Shown here: in pieces, positions 11,582 to 22,300 of the stretch
Layout of the letters: every line of letters starts with the position of its first letter
How positions within the stretch are numbered: the first letter of the stretch is position 1
Assembly: GCA_964355075.1 (NCBI GenBank)
Contig: CAYHCF010000002.1
Span: 16,480-80,479 of the forward strand
Origin: an uncultured Chitinophaga sp.
GTDB taxonomy: Bacteria > Bacteroidota > Bacteroidia > UKL13-3
Direction: 5' to 3'
DNA: 64,000 nucleotides
The notes under the pieces: generated by a model
Told to the model about the DNA's origin: nothing
The model's input: the letters and a program-made list of their open reading frames with translations, nothing else
The model's database searches: none
Made by a program: the position numbers and the translations under genes

Positions 11582-12175
11582 ATGTTTACAGGAATAATTG
11601 AAACTTTAGGATGGGTTAAGGAAATCGAAAAAGAGTTAGGAAATCTAAATATTTGGGTTGAATCCCCCGTTAGTAAAGAGCTAAAAATTGATCAAAGTAT
11701 GGCACATAATGGCGTGTGCTTAACCGTGGTTTCGCTTGGCAATAATTGTCATAAGGTAACTGCCGTTGAAGAAACGATCTCCAAAACAAATTTAGGTTTG
11801 CTTAAACCGGGTTCATTGCTAAATCTGGAACGGTGCATGCTAGCAAATGGAAGATTTGACGGACATATTGTGCAGGGCCATGTGGATGATGTTGCCACTT
11901 GCATAAAAGTTGAGGAAAAATCGGGTAGCTGGCTGTTTTATTTCAGGCTGAACCAAACAAACCAGAAGAATCTGATTGTAAATAAAGGAAGTATTTGCAT
12001 TAATGGCGTAAGTTTAACTGTGGTAGAAATTACAGATATGGAATTCTACGTGACCATCATACCTTATACTTTTGAACATACTCAATTTAAGGAATTAAAA
12101 GAAGGAGACAAAGTGAATATTGAATTTGACATTTTGGGTAAATATGTTCTGAACCAAATAGCATCCCGGCTATAA
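11582..12175 (+). CDS. ribE: Riboflavin synthase (alpha chain)
   Basis: MFTGIIE start and duplicated lumazine-binding repeats (GVCLTV.../ICINGVSLTVV). Confidence 0.9.
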   Translation: MFTGIIETLGWVKEIEKELGNLNIWVESPVSKELKIDQSMAHNGVCLTVVSLGNNCHKVTAVEETISKTNLGLLKPGSLLNLERCMLANGRFDGHIVQGHVDDVATCIKVEEKSGSWLFYFRLNQTNQKNLIVNKGSICINGVSLTVVEITDMEFYVTIIPYTFEHTQFKELKEGDKVNIEFDILGKYVLNQIASRL

Positions 12176-12207
12176 AAACGGCAGGTTTTGATCAAATCAG
12201 CAGCGGT

Positions 12208-13038
12208 TCAAACCAAATATACCCCATTCTCTTCAATACGAATCAAACGTTTTTTGTAAAGAATGCCAATAGCCTTTTTGAATGTTTTTTTACTCATATT
12301 TACCATTGCAGTAATTTGTTCAGGACCGCTACTATCGGAAAGTTCCAGGTAACCCTGATGTGCTTTCAAATAATCCAAAATAACATTTGTCTGGTCGGCA
12401 ATATTCTCAAAACCAATTTTTTGAAGGCTGATGTCAATTTCATTGGTATCCTTAATTTTCTTGATATATCCCGTAATAATATCACCCGGGAAAATCGGTT
12501 TATATACTTCATTATGATAAATAAGCCCCTTGTGTTTCCCTTCCAGGATAACAAAAAAACCAAGCGCTGAATTTTCATAAACCATCATTTCCACTTCATC
12601 ACCAACCTGAAAATCAATATTTTCGTTGCTTAAGATTTTATTCATACGGGTAGTCCCTACCAGGCGCTGTGTTTCCTGATCCAAATACATATAAACAACG
12701 TATTCTTTTCCTTCAAACATTTTCTCAGCCTGTTCTTTAAAAGGCACCAGCAGATCTTTCTCCATTCCCCAATCCATAAAAGCCCCAAAGGGAGCAATTT
12801 CATTTACTCTTAACAGGGCAAATTCATCAACCAATAAATAGGGCTCGAGGGTTGTAGCTACTATTCTGTCTTCAGAATCCTTATATATAAAAACTTCTAA
12901 TTCTTCATTTGCACCCAAAGAGGCCGGTACATATTTATTTGGCAACAAAACTTCATTTCCTTCCTCATCAGATAAAAATATCCCGACATTGGTGTTACGA
13001 ATAGCTTTCAGCTTATTTATTTTTCCTATTGAAATCAT
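12208..13038 (-). CDS. S1 domain RNA-binding protein, CvfB/YitL family
   Basis: 276 aa with repeated S1-like segments and a C-terminal winged-helix-like tail. Overall resemblance to YitL/CvfB. Confidence 0.65.
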   Translation of the reverse strand: MISIGKINKLKAIRNTNVGIFLSDEEGNEVLLPNKYVPASLGANEELEVFIYKDSEDRIVATTLEPYLLVDEFALLRVNEIAPFGAFMDWGMEKDLLVPFKEQAEKMFEGKEYVVYMYLDQETQRLVGTTRMNKILSNENIDFQVGDEVEMMVYENSALGFFVILEGKHKGLIYHNEVYKPIFPGDIITGYIKKIKDTNEIDISLQKIGFENIADQTNVILDYLKAHQGYLELSDSSGPEQITAMVNMSKKTFKKAIGILYKKRLIRIEENGVYLV

Positions 13039-13118
13039 CTTTAAAAAAACCTTATGAATTGCACGCGATACAAATCGATCACGAAAATATATTAATTATT
13101 TACTATTCTCTCAAAATC

Positions 13119-16100
13119 CTAATTTAACAAAGTGACATTTCCCTGCAATATGCGCCAATTGTTCTCATTGTCTTTGTAATCAACTATATAGAAATAAACA
13201 CCCCCCAGACATAAACTTCCGTTATAGGTTCCATCCCATCCTTTGGTAAAATCGTCAGTTTTATACATGAGCTGTCCCCAACGATTGTAGATAGAAAGCA
13301 CTCCACCTTTCGAATTGCGATAGATCACATTGAAGATGTCGTTATTGCCATCTCCATTTGGGGAAAATGCATTTGGAACCCATATATATTCACTTCCATT
13401 TATTAAAATATCAACAGATAAGGTATCTATACAAACAGAATTTATTGCCATTAAAACTACCCTGTACAATCCTTCAACCGGAAATAGAAATTCAGGATTT
13501 TCAAGTATACTGGAATTTCCACTTCCAAAATCCCATAAGAAATTTTTGGCATAAAGCGAATTAGACTTAAATATTACCGGAAAATCAATAGTTGGCAAGG
13601 CAGGATGAAAAGTAAAAGCCGCAACAGGTATTCGCAATACTTCAATGGTACGTTTGCTTGAATCGGAACAACCATATTGGTCAATTTGGTATGTAATTGT
13701 ATAATTTCCATAAACTCCGGGATCAAAATAACTGCCTGCTACATAGGGTCCTTTAAAAATGCCCCCCGGATTGTCGGGTATTAAACCAATTAACGGAGCA
13801 CCTTCACATATCAATGTATCAGTTGGGGAAAAATGAGCGGATGTTTTTGGCCTGTAATCAACTACCTTATCATCAGAGCTGACACCGCATTGATTGACTG
13901 CATTGAGGGTAAGCCTGGTTGCTCCAATAATCCCTTTATTGACTGTAAACAAAGGAGTAAGTGAATATTTATTGCTGAAAATACCATTAGAATTATCCAA
14001 CCAGCGAATCGAATCATAATTGGATGCAATTGCATCTAACTGCAAAGCCAATTCATTACATAAAATTGTATCCGGACCGGCATAAACAAGTGCATCCGAT
14101 TTTAACTTAACATAGGTTGTATCGGAATTATTACAATAATTGGAATCCGTGAAGATAACCCAATACTTTCCATCCTTCCCTATTGAAATAGAATTACTAT
14201 TTGAACCCGTACTCCAGAAATATTGTATAAATCCATTCAATCCTAAAACATTATTATTTGCACAAATAATACTCGTATCAGGCATATTGGCCTGAGGTAC
14301 CGGATAAAATCCAACATGCACCATATTCGATTCTGCGTTATTGCAATTTCCGGAAACATAGGCATAGTAATTTCCTGTATCTGAGGCAAGCAAATTATTG
14401 AGTACCAACGAGTCAAAGATTTCACCCAAAATTTGCGTATTATTTTTAAACCATTGATAAGAATTTATGGCGATTCCACTTAATCTGAAAATACCTTTTC
14501 CTCCAATACATTGAAGAATATCAACCGGTTGAGAGGTAATGCTGGTTGGCGTAATAACACCTAAATGTGTGGTATTTGAATTGGTAACCCCACAAGGAGT
14601 ACTTACCATTACAAAATAATTTCCTGTATCGGCATAGGCAACGGGTAGGATCAGGAGTGAATCTGAAGTTGCATTAGTTATAGCGAAACCATCCTTTTTC
14701 CATTGATAAAATATCGGACTGGTTCCTACCACATTTACTTTTAGCCCGAAGGTATCATCAATACATTTATTGATATTTTGACCTGATCCTAAAATGGAAG
14801 TAAGCGCATTAATTGCCAATGGAACTGAATCTGTTATGATGCTGTCGCAAGCCGATTTTACAGTTAAATAATAATAGCCTGTATCAGTTATCCCTGAACT
14901 ATTAATTATCAGGGAATCACTGGTGGCACCCGTAATTATTTGTCCGTTTTTTATCCATTGGTAAAGCAATGTATTCATGCCAATTGCGCTTGCTTTGAAT
15001 ACCGCTTTACTACCCATACAAGGAACAACCGCTTGTGGCTGCAAAGTAATTTGCGTTGGTGGAAACAGGTTCAAAGTTACGGTAAGGGATGCTAAACTGT
15101 CGCAGGGTCCTTTTCCGATCACATAGTAGTTACCTGTATCCATAAATGATAAAGAAGAGAAAACCAGTGAATCATTTATTTCACCGATAATGGGTAAATT
15201 ATTTTTATACCATTGGTAGGTATTCATCCCGATTCCAACCAATCTAAAAACGCCAAAACTTCCTTTACATTGAAGGATTGGATTGGGTTGTACAGGAATA
15301 CCCAACGGAACATTAAGATTTAATATCGCAGCTGTTGAGGTATCGGTTCCACATGGACCATTCACTATAACCGAATAGGCTCCAGTATCTGAATAAATGG
15401 TATTATTAAAATAGAGTGAATCGCTATTGGCTCCGGTAATAATTGCTCCATTCTTCATCCATTGATAAGTTAATGGAATTGCTCCGATTGCAAATACCGA
15501 AAAGCTGAAATTATCCCCAAAACACCTGTAAGTTGATTGGGGATTGTTGACAATACCGGTTTTTTGTTTTACATTTATAAAAACCGAATCTGAAAGCAAG
15601 CTATCACACACAGATATTACCATCACCTTATAGTATCCTGAATCGGGATAAGCAATATTACTGAATAGCAATGAATCCTTATTTGCACCTGATACAGGTA
15701 TTCCGTTTTTAATCCATTGGTAAGAAATTGGCCCGGTTCCACTGGCAATTATTTTCAAAGAAGCGGAAGTCCCAAAACATGCATTGACAGATGAAGGTTG
15801 AAGCGAAATGACCGGTTTTGGATAGTTATTTAAACTGACTGAAATGGAATTGGTGCTGTCGCAATTTCCTTTTACACGAACAAAATAATTCCCCGTATCC
15901 CCATCATATACCACAGGTATTTCCAATGAATCTAAATTTGCTCCAACTATTGGGACATTATTTTTAAACCATTGGTAAGTATTTATTCCGAATCCGCCTA
16001 CCTTAAAAACTGCCCTGCTCCCATTGCATAGCAACAAAGAAACTAGCTGGATATTTATTACAGGAGGTGCATTGATGTTCAGTTGCGCCAAACCGGAGTT

Positions 16101-18752
16101 TATCGTTCCGCAAGGACCCGTTACAGCCACAGAATAATTTCCGGAATCAGCATAGCTGACATTTCTGATGATCAAACTATCCAGCGTTGCCCCACTTATA
16201 ACCGTACCATTTTTCTTCCACTGAAAACTTAAGGGAGCTACACCGGCATAACTTATTTTAAACGCAAAAGTATCGCCTAAACACCTCACGGTACTTTGCG
16301 ATTGAACCAAGATAACAGGAATCTGCCTGACCGATAAAAATACAGAATCTGAAAGCACACTGTCGCAGGCATTTTTTACCATTACAGCATAATATCCTGT
16401 ATCAGATAAACTCACACTACTGAAAATAAGTGAATCGGCAGTGCCGGAAATATTGATCCCATTTTTCTTCCATTGGAAGTTTAGGGGATTGATACTGGTT
16501 GCACTCACCCTAAAGGATGCCTTTATTCCCAGGCATGGGCTGACCGGTTGCGGTTGTAAGATGATAAGTGGCTTTGGGAAAAAGCTTAAAGTAACAACAT
16601 TGGAAAGCAGGCTGTCGCAATTTCCCTTCACCCAAACCGAATAATTCCCGGTATCGGTATAACCTGAGGCCGGTATTTCCAATGAATCTAAATTTGCTCC
16701 AACTATTGGAATATTATTTTTAAACCATTGGTAAGTATTAATTCCAAATCCGCCAACCTTAAAAACTGCACGATTCCCTTTACAATGAAGTATGGATACT
16801 GGTTGAGTTACAATGACCGGGATTGAATATAGTGCAAGATTGGCATTATTAGAGGTTACTATTCCACACAGGCCACTTACCACAGCAGTATAAGATCCAG
16901 TGTCAGCATAATTAATAGAAGCAATAACTATAGAATCTTTGGTTTGGCCAATTAAGGTAACTCCATTCCTTTTCCACTGGTAATTTAAAGGAGTTCCGCC
17001 TGATGCGATTACGTGAAAAGTGTAGCTTGAATTCAGACATTTTATAGTGGATTGCGGTTGAACTAAAATTGCAGTCGGGTATTTTACTGTTAAAAATACA
17101 GAATCAGATAGAATACTATCACAAATAGAGCTTACCGAAACTTTGTAATAACCGGAATCACTTGCTGAAATTGTTGCGAATTTCAAGGAATCTGATGTGG
17201 CACCCGTTATATTGATTCCATTCTTTTTCCACTGATAGCTTAACGGACTAATGCCACCTGCTGTGACCCGCAAAACAGCATTGGAGGCTAAACATGGGCT
17301 TATAGGCTGCGGTTGAACAGAAATAACAGGCATCGGATATACGCTTAGTTTGCCCGGGTTTGATAATAAACTATCACAACCCCATTTCACATTTACCGAA
17401 TAATTACCGGAATCTGAATATGCAATATTGTTCAGTACCAAAGAATCGAGAATTGCACCCGGTATATTTACTCCGTTCTTCTTCCACTGATAGGTATAAT
17501 TTCCATGTCCACCCACACTCATTTTAAAAGTAGCCGAAGAACCCCTGCACTTTGTGATATTCTGCGGTTGGGTAATAATACTATCCCTTCGAATAAAAAT
17601 GGTAAAGCTATCTTTAACACTGCAACTATTTCCATCAACCACGGTTAACGCATAACGTGTAGAAACCGTTGGAGATGCAATAGGGTTTAAACAGGTTGAA
17701 CAGCTTAAATTATTTGTGGGGCTCCAACTAAAAGTCAAAGGCTGAAAACGAGCACTTGCCGTTGCTGTATCCATTAATTGAACCGAATTGTTTTTACATA
17801 TAAAAGTATCTTTGTTTATTTTTAATTTAAGATCAGAAGTATAAATAGTTGTGGATAAGGTATCATCGCAACCATAACCCGGGTATGCAGATAATACTAC
17901 GTGATATTTATTAAAAGTGGCAGGAGTTGGAACCATGACATTTTGGTTGGTATCTAGCAAAACGGTATAAGTGGAATCATACCATTTATAATGTTGAAAG
18001 CCAGGAGGTGCAGAAAGCGAAGAAAAAGGAACCCCTTTACATACAGAGGAGCTGATAGCAAAGAGAACGCAATTCACATCTACATAGCCATATCCAAAAT
18101 GTAAACCCAGACTGCAATCACCACTGGCAAAGTCAACTGCTACCGTTCTTCCTGCATAACCAGATAAATTCAAGCTTGCCGTTGACCAGGGTTTATAATA
18201 TACATTTGGATATAAGGAAGACAAAATGAAGCCCGGTAAAACTGAAGATGCAACAAAACTAAACTGCGCACAGGATATGGGAATATTTGTAATAGAATCA
18301 TACGCTTTCACTTCAAATCTGGGTTGTTCTTTTGGCTGATGCGAAGGATTTTCCAATACCACTGCATATTTTAAAAGCAAACTATAATTATTTAAATTAT
18401 TCGGTACCCGTAAGTAATACCTTGCCCGTTCTGCCTGTGCCGAAGTTTGGCGATTTCCCAATTTTAGTGAGTAAAGTCCTTTACTTGGATCAACTACAGG
18501 AAATCCTCCGTACATATCAATAGAGGCCACATTGGTGATGGTATGCCGGGTTGCAACCGGACCACTTAATGTTGGGGTATTAATGGGGCAACAACTTCCG
18601 ATATATAAATACCAGTTTGAAAAATTATTTGATTCAAAATCAATATTGGGTGGGCAATAAACAACCTGCGCCTGAATTTTCATAAAAGCGAAAGCAAGAA
18701 ACAGGATCATCCTGATTCTCAGTTTTGAGCTATTTGCTATGGTATGATTCAA
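13119..18752 (-). CDS. Giant (1877 aa) cell-surface protein: N-terminal domain, 13 tandem Ig-like (I-set type) repeats, T9SS type-B C-terminal domain
   Basis: Signal peptide (ILFLAFAFMKIQAQ). 13 units of about 84 aa share the pattern QPQ..C.G..A.F.V...G...YQW.KNG..I.GA..DSL......D.G.Y.V.V...C. C-terminal VPNAFSPNGDGNNDIF...IYNRWGQLMY...GVYFYIVDY sorting domain. Confidence 0.8.
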   Translation of the reverse strand: MNHTIANSSKLRIRMILFLAFAFMKIQAQVVYCPPNIDFESNNFSNWYLYIGSCCPINTPTLSGPVATRHTITNVASIDMYGGFPVVDPSKGLYSLKLGNRQTSAQAERARYYLRVPNNLNNYSLLLKYAVVLENPSHQPKEQPRFEVKAYDSITNIPISCAQFSFVASSVLPGFILSSLYPNVYYKPWSTASLNLSGYAGRTVAVDFASGDCSLGLHFGYGYVDVNCVLFAISSSVCKGVPFSSLSAPPGFQHYKWYDSTYTVLLDTNQNVMVPTPATFNKYHVVLSAYPGYGCDDTLSTTIYTSDLKLKINKDTFICKNNSVQLMDTATASARFQPLTFSWSPTNNLSCSTCLNPIASPTVSTRYALTVVDGNSCSVKDSFTIFIRRDSIITQPQNITKCRGSSATFKMSVGGHGNYTYQWKKNGVNIPGAILDSLVLNNIAYSDSGNYSVNVKWGCDSLLSNPGKLSVYPMPVISVQPQPISPCLASNAVLRVTAGGISPLSYQWKKNGINITGATSDSLKFATISASDSGYYKVSVSSICDSILSDSVFLTVKYPTAILVQPQSTIKCLNSSYTFHVIASGGTPLNYQWKRNGVTLIGQTKDSIVIASINYADTGSYTAVVSGLCGIVTSNNANLALYSIPVIVTQPVSILHCKGNRAVFKVGGFGINTYQWFKNNIPIVGANLDSLEIPASGYTDTGNYSVWVKGNCDSLLSNVVTLSFFPKPLIILQPQPVSPCLGIKASFRVSATSINPLNFQWKKNGINISGTADSLIFSSVSLSDTGYYAVMVKNACDSVLSDSVFLSVRQIPVILVQSQSTVRCLGDTFAFKISYAGVAPLSFQWKKNGTVISGATLDSLIIRNVSYADSGNYSVAVTGPCGTINSGLAQLNINAPPVINIQLVSLLLCNGSRAVFKVGGFGINTYQWFKNNVPIVGANLDSLEIPVVYDGDTGNYFVRVKGNCDSTNSISVSLNNYPKPVISLQPSSVNACFGTSASLKIIASGTGPISYQWIKNGIPVSGANKDSLLFSNIAYPDSGYYKVMVISVCDSLLSDSVFINVKQKTGIVNNPQSTYRCFGDNFSFSVFAIGAIPLTYQWMKNGAIITGANSDSLYFNNTIYSDTGAYSVIVNGPCGTDTSTAAILNLNVPLGIPVQPNPILQCKGSFGVFRLVGIGMNTYQWYKNNLPIIGEINDSLVFSSLSFMDTGNYYVIGKGPCDSLASLTVTLNLFPPTQITLQPQAVVPCMGSKAVFKASAIGMNTLLYQWIKNGQIITGATSDSLIINSSGITDTGYYYLTVKSACDSIITDSVPLAINALTSILGSGQNINKCIDDTFGLKVNVVGTSPIFYQWKKDGFAITNATSDSLLILPVAYADTGNYFVMVSTPCGVTNSNTTHLGVITPTSITSQPVDILQCIGGKGIFRLSGIAINSYQWFKNNTQILGEIFDSLVLNNLLASDTGNYYAYVSGNCNNAESNMVHVGFYPVPQANMPDTSIICANNNVLGLNGFIQYFWSTGSNSNSISIGKDGKYWVIFTDSNYCNNSDTTYVKLKSDALVYAGPDTILCNELALQLDAIASNYDSIRWLDNSNGIFSNKYSLTPLFTVNKGIIGATRLTLNAVNQCGVSSDDKVVDYRPKTSAHFSPTDTLICEGAPLIGLIPDNPGGIFKGPYVAGSYFDPGVYGNYTITYQIDQYGCSDSSKRTIEVLRIPVAAFTFHPALPTIDFPVIFKSNSLYAKNFLWDFGSGNSSILENPEFLFPVEGLYRVVLMAINSVCIDTLSVDILINGSEYIWVPNAFSPNGDGNNDIFNVIYRNSKGGVLSIYNRWGQLMYKTDDFTKGWDGTYNGSLCLGGVYFYIVDYKDNENNWRILQGNVTLLN
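14295..17579 (-). repeat. Intragenic tandem array: 13 Ig-like units arranged as a 3-unit (756 nt) super-repeat
   Basis: Units 1,4,7,10,13 / 2,5,8,11 / 3,6,9,12 form three subtypes. The stretch from 15916 matches the stretch from 16672 (offset exactly 756 nt) over about 100 nt with few mismatches. Confidence 0.8.
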
Positions 18753-19235
18753 TACTTTTTATATACTCATTTTTTAGCATTCATTTTTTTATATTTCCAT
18801 TGAAAATCAATTTAATACCATAGCCCAAAAATATAAATTTATCCTATAAAAATCCACTATATTAAAGATTTAAATTTGAATAGCAGCTATTTAATGGTAA
18901 GCAGCGGGGAAATTTCATAGTAAATTAAAATTTACAGCATTTATTTTTGATTTTCAGTTCGCGTATCTAAAATTGAGGCATTTTTTAAAAAAAAATTTGA
19001 GTAAGCTGAAAAAGTTTTTTCGAACAAAATTTCGAAATTTGAGTATCAATAACGAAATGGATATGTGTAAATATCCTAAGAAGTAAAGGAACCTGACTAC
19101 AGCCTATTTTCAATCTTACAAAATCAGTGTGATTTTATACAAACAACTCCAATAAAATCGATAGAAATAGGAGTAAAACTCAAATTTATCAAAATAAGCA
19201 CAAATTTTCTCTTAATCAAAAAATCAAAGTCGAAA

Positions 19236-19271
19236 ATGACTAAAATCATATTTATTTTTGACCAATGTCAA
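19236..19271 (+). promoter_or_regulatory. Pair of Crp/Fnr-type palindromic boxes upstream of the 1441-aa activase-like gene
   Basis: aTGACtaaaaTCAt (19236-19249) and tTGACcaatGTCAa (19258-19271). Centres are 22 bp apart, and the proximal box centre lies about 110 nt before ATG 19375. The same architecture recurs at 23819-23854. Confidence 0.4.
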
Positions 19272-19374
19272 GAAATAGATTCCGCGATATTTGTTTTTTC
19301 GTTTAGCTATAAAACTACCTCCTTTTTATGTTAGGTGAAAAGGATTTTATTAATGATTATTTAAAGCAAGGCTT

Positions 19375-22300
19375 ATGAAAAACATGAATTCTACCCGTCA
19401 CATGGGTATTTGTATTGGCGCTTCTTCTGTATCGGTTGTAGAGCTTCAGAAAGATCATGAAGAAATAAAGTTGACATCATACAGTACAAAGCCACACCAT
19501 GGCAACCCCAAACAAATAATTGAGGAAATTTTCAGCAAAGAAACACCGGATAAAATAGTTGTAACCGGACGGAAATTTCGGAATTTATTAAACATCACTT
19601 CCATTCCCGAACCAGAAGCTGTAGAACTTGCTGCCGAATACCTTCAACTGAATACGGATATAATAATCAGTGCGGGCGGGGAAAATTTTATCATCTATCT
19701 TTTAGATAAAAACCGGAAAATATCAAAGTGCATGACAGGGAATAAATGCGCATCCGGTACCGGAGAATTTTTCCTTCAGCAAATCCAGCGTATGAACCTT
19801 TCGGTGGAGGATGCAATTGCATTAAGTGGTGAAGGAGAGGCATACAATATTTCAGGTAGGTGTTCGGTTTTTTGCAAATCTGACTGCACCCATGCATTAA
19901 ACAAAGGTGTTGCAAAGCAAGATGTAATTGCGGGTTTATGCCGCATGATGGCTAATAAAATCATTGAATTAACTTCTCATATTTCTTGTGACAGGGCAGT
20001 TATTATTGGTGGGGTAGCACGAAACAACAAAATATTAAATACCCTTCATGAGCATTTTAATGAATTGATCGTACCGGATGAAGCTGCCTATTTCGAAGCC
20101 CTTGGAGCGGCTCTTCATTCCGCAAATAATGAAGTGCCTTCTGTGGATATTGAATCATTATTCAGAAAAGAGCATATTTCTTTTACTTTTCATAAAGACT
20201 TGAAACAATTTGTGGATTTTGTTGATTTCAAGGAATTTCAAAAAGGGGAAGTCGCCGAAAATGATGTGTGTATTTTAGGTTTGGATGTGGGTTCAACCAC
20301 TACCAAAGCAATCATGATGCGGGTATCTGACAATGCAGTACTCGCAACAGAATACTTGCGTACCAATGGAGATCCTATCCAGGCTTCTATTGAATGCTAT
20401 AAAAGCCTGAAAGAAAAATTGAATACGAAGGTAAAGATAATCGGTTTGGGGGTTACGGGTTCCGGAAGGCATATTTCTGGGCTTCATGCCAATACCAAAG
20501 GAATTGTAAATGAGATTCTGGCGCATGCAAATGCCACGATTTATTTTGATAAAGATGTTGATACGATTTTTGAAATTGGTGGTCAGGATGCAAAATATAC
20601 CTTTATTACTGCAGGGGTTCCTTCTGATTATGCCATGAACGAAGCCTGTTCGGCAGGTACCGGTTCTTTCCTTGAGGAGGCCGCCAAAGAATCTTTAAAT
20701 ATAGATTATAAACTGATTGGAGACATTGCTTTAATGGCATCCAATCCACCCAATTTTAATGATCAGTGTTCGGCATTTATAAGCAGTGATGTAAAAAACG
20801 CCTTACATGAAGGATTAAATAAAGAAGACATTGTTGCAGGATTAGTTTATTCCATCTGTTTGAATTTTACCAATCGTGTAAAAGGAAACAGACCCGTTGG
20901 AAACAAGGTATTCATGCAAGGGGGTGTCTGTTATAATAAGGCCGTACCCATCGCAATGGCAGCTTTAACAGGCAAGCATATTATTGTACCGCCTGAACCC
21001 GGATTGATGGGTGCATTTGGGGTGGCATTGGAAATTAAAGAAAGATTGGCCCTTAACCTGTTTGAAGAACAACATTTTGATCTGGATGAATTAATAAACC
21101 GGAAAGTTGAATACGGAAAATCATTTATTTGTGCCGGACAACCAGAAGGGTGTGACCGTAAATGCAATGTTAATTTGATACTGATTGAAGGCAGAAAAAT
21201 TCCATTTGGCGGGGCATGTAACAAATATTACGACTACCGCAAAACCAAATCAAAAGAAAAGGCAAATAGTAATTTAGTTAAAGTAAGGCAAGATCTTGTT
21301 TTCGAAAAATATGCTCCATTTCATGAAGTAGCAGAAAATTCAAAGGTATTGGCCATTCCAAAATCATTTTTGGTAAATACGCTTTATCCGCTTTATTATA
21401 ATTTCTTTTCAAAATTAGGATTCAAAGTTGTATTGGGTGAAGAAGCGGTAAAGGAGGGAATCGACAAGCAGCAGGCCTCTTTCTGTTATCCTGTTGAACT
21501 GGCCCATGGGTTTTTTCAGGGACTCATTGACCTCAAACCTGATTATATTTTTCTGCCTCATATAACTGAAATTTATGATCCACTTGATAAAAACTACAAT
21601 AAAACCTGCATTTTACTTCAGTCTGAAGCCTATTATTTACAATCTACTTTTAATAAATCGATCGGCGATATTAAAATACTTGCCCCGATTATTAATTTTT
21701 CACAAGGTTATGCAAGTGGAAAGGATAGTTTTATTGACCTTGCGATCAGTTTAGGAAAAAGCACGTCTCAGGCTGAGGCTGCATTCAAATTTGCGATCAA
21801 TCAGTTGATGCAAATGTTTGAAGAATTTAAAGCCTTGGGAAAACAGGCAATGGAGGATTTGGCAAAGGATCCAAAGCAGATAGCTATTGTGCTCTTTGGG
21901 CGTTCTTATAATGCATTTGCCAAAGAAGCAAACCTTGGAATCCCCCAGAAATTCTCTTCACGTAACCTAACACTTATACCCCATGACTTTATTCCAAGTG
22001 CACATCTCGAAAGTTATGAAAACATGTATTGGGGAACCGGTAATCAAATATTGCGTTCAGCCCGGTTTGTAAAAAATCATGAACAACTGTTTGGAACCTA
22101 TATTACCAATTTCAGTTGCGGACCCGATTCGATGATGATTCCGTATTTCAGAAAAATTATGGGTAACAAGCCATCACTTACCCTGGAGCTCGACAGTCAC
22201 TCAGCGGATGCCGGTTTAAACACACGAATTGAAGCTGCTGTTGATATTATTAACAGATACCGGGAACTTACCAAAAAAGGTATGCTTAATGAAACCGCTA

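Noticed and set aside
19286-19293. Bacteroidota-type -7 promoter element (TAnnTTTG-like GATATTTG), with a comparable TCACTTTG at 23877-23884
   Set aside because: Each has one mismatch, and the distances to the palindromic boxes differ between the two promoters. This is too weak to call without transcription start data.
18753-19374. Long AT-rich intergenic region, inspected for a tRNA, small RNA or small ferredoxin gene
   Set aside because: I saw no cloverleaf-compatible sequence, no Cys-rich small ORF and no strong hairpins. Only the paired palindromic boxes stood out.
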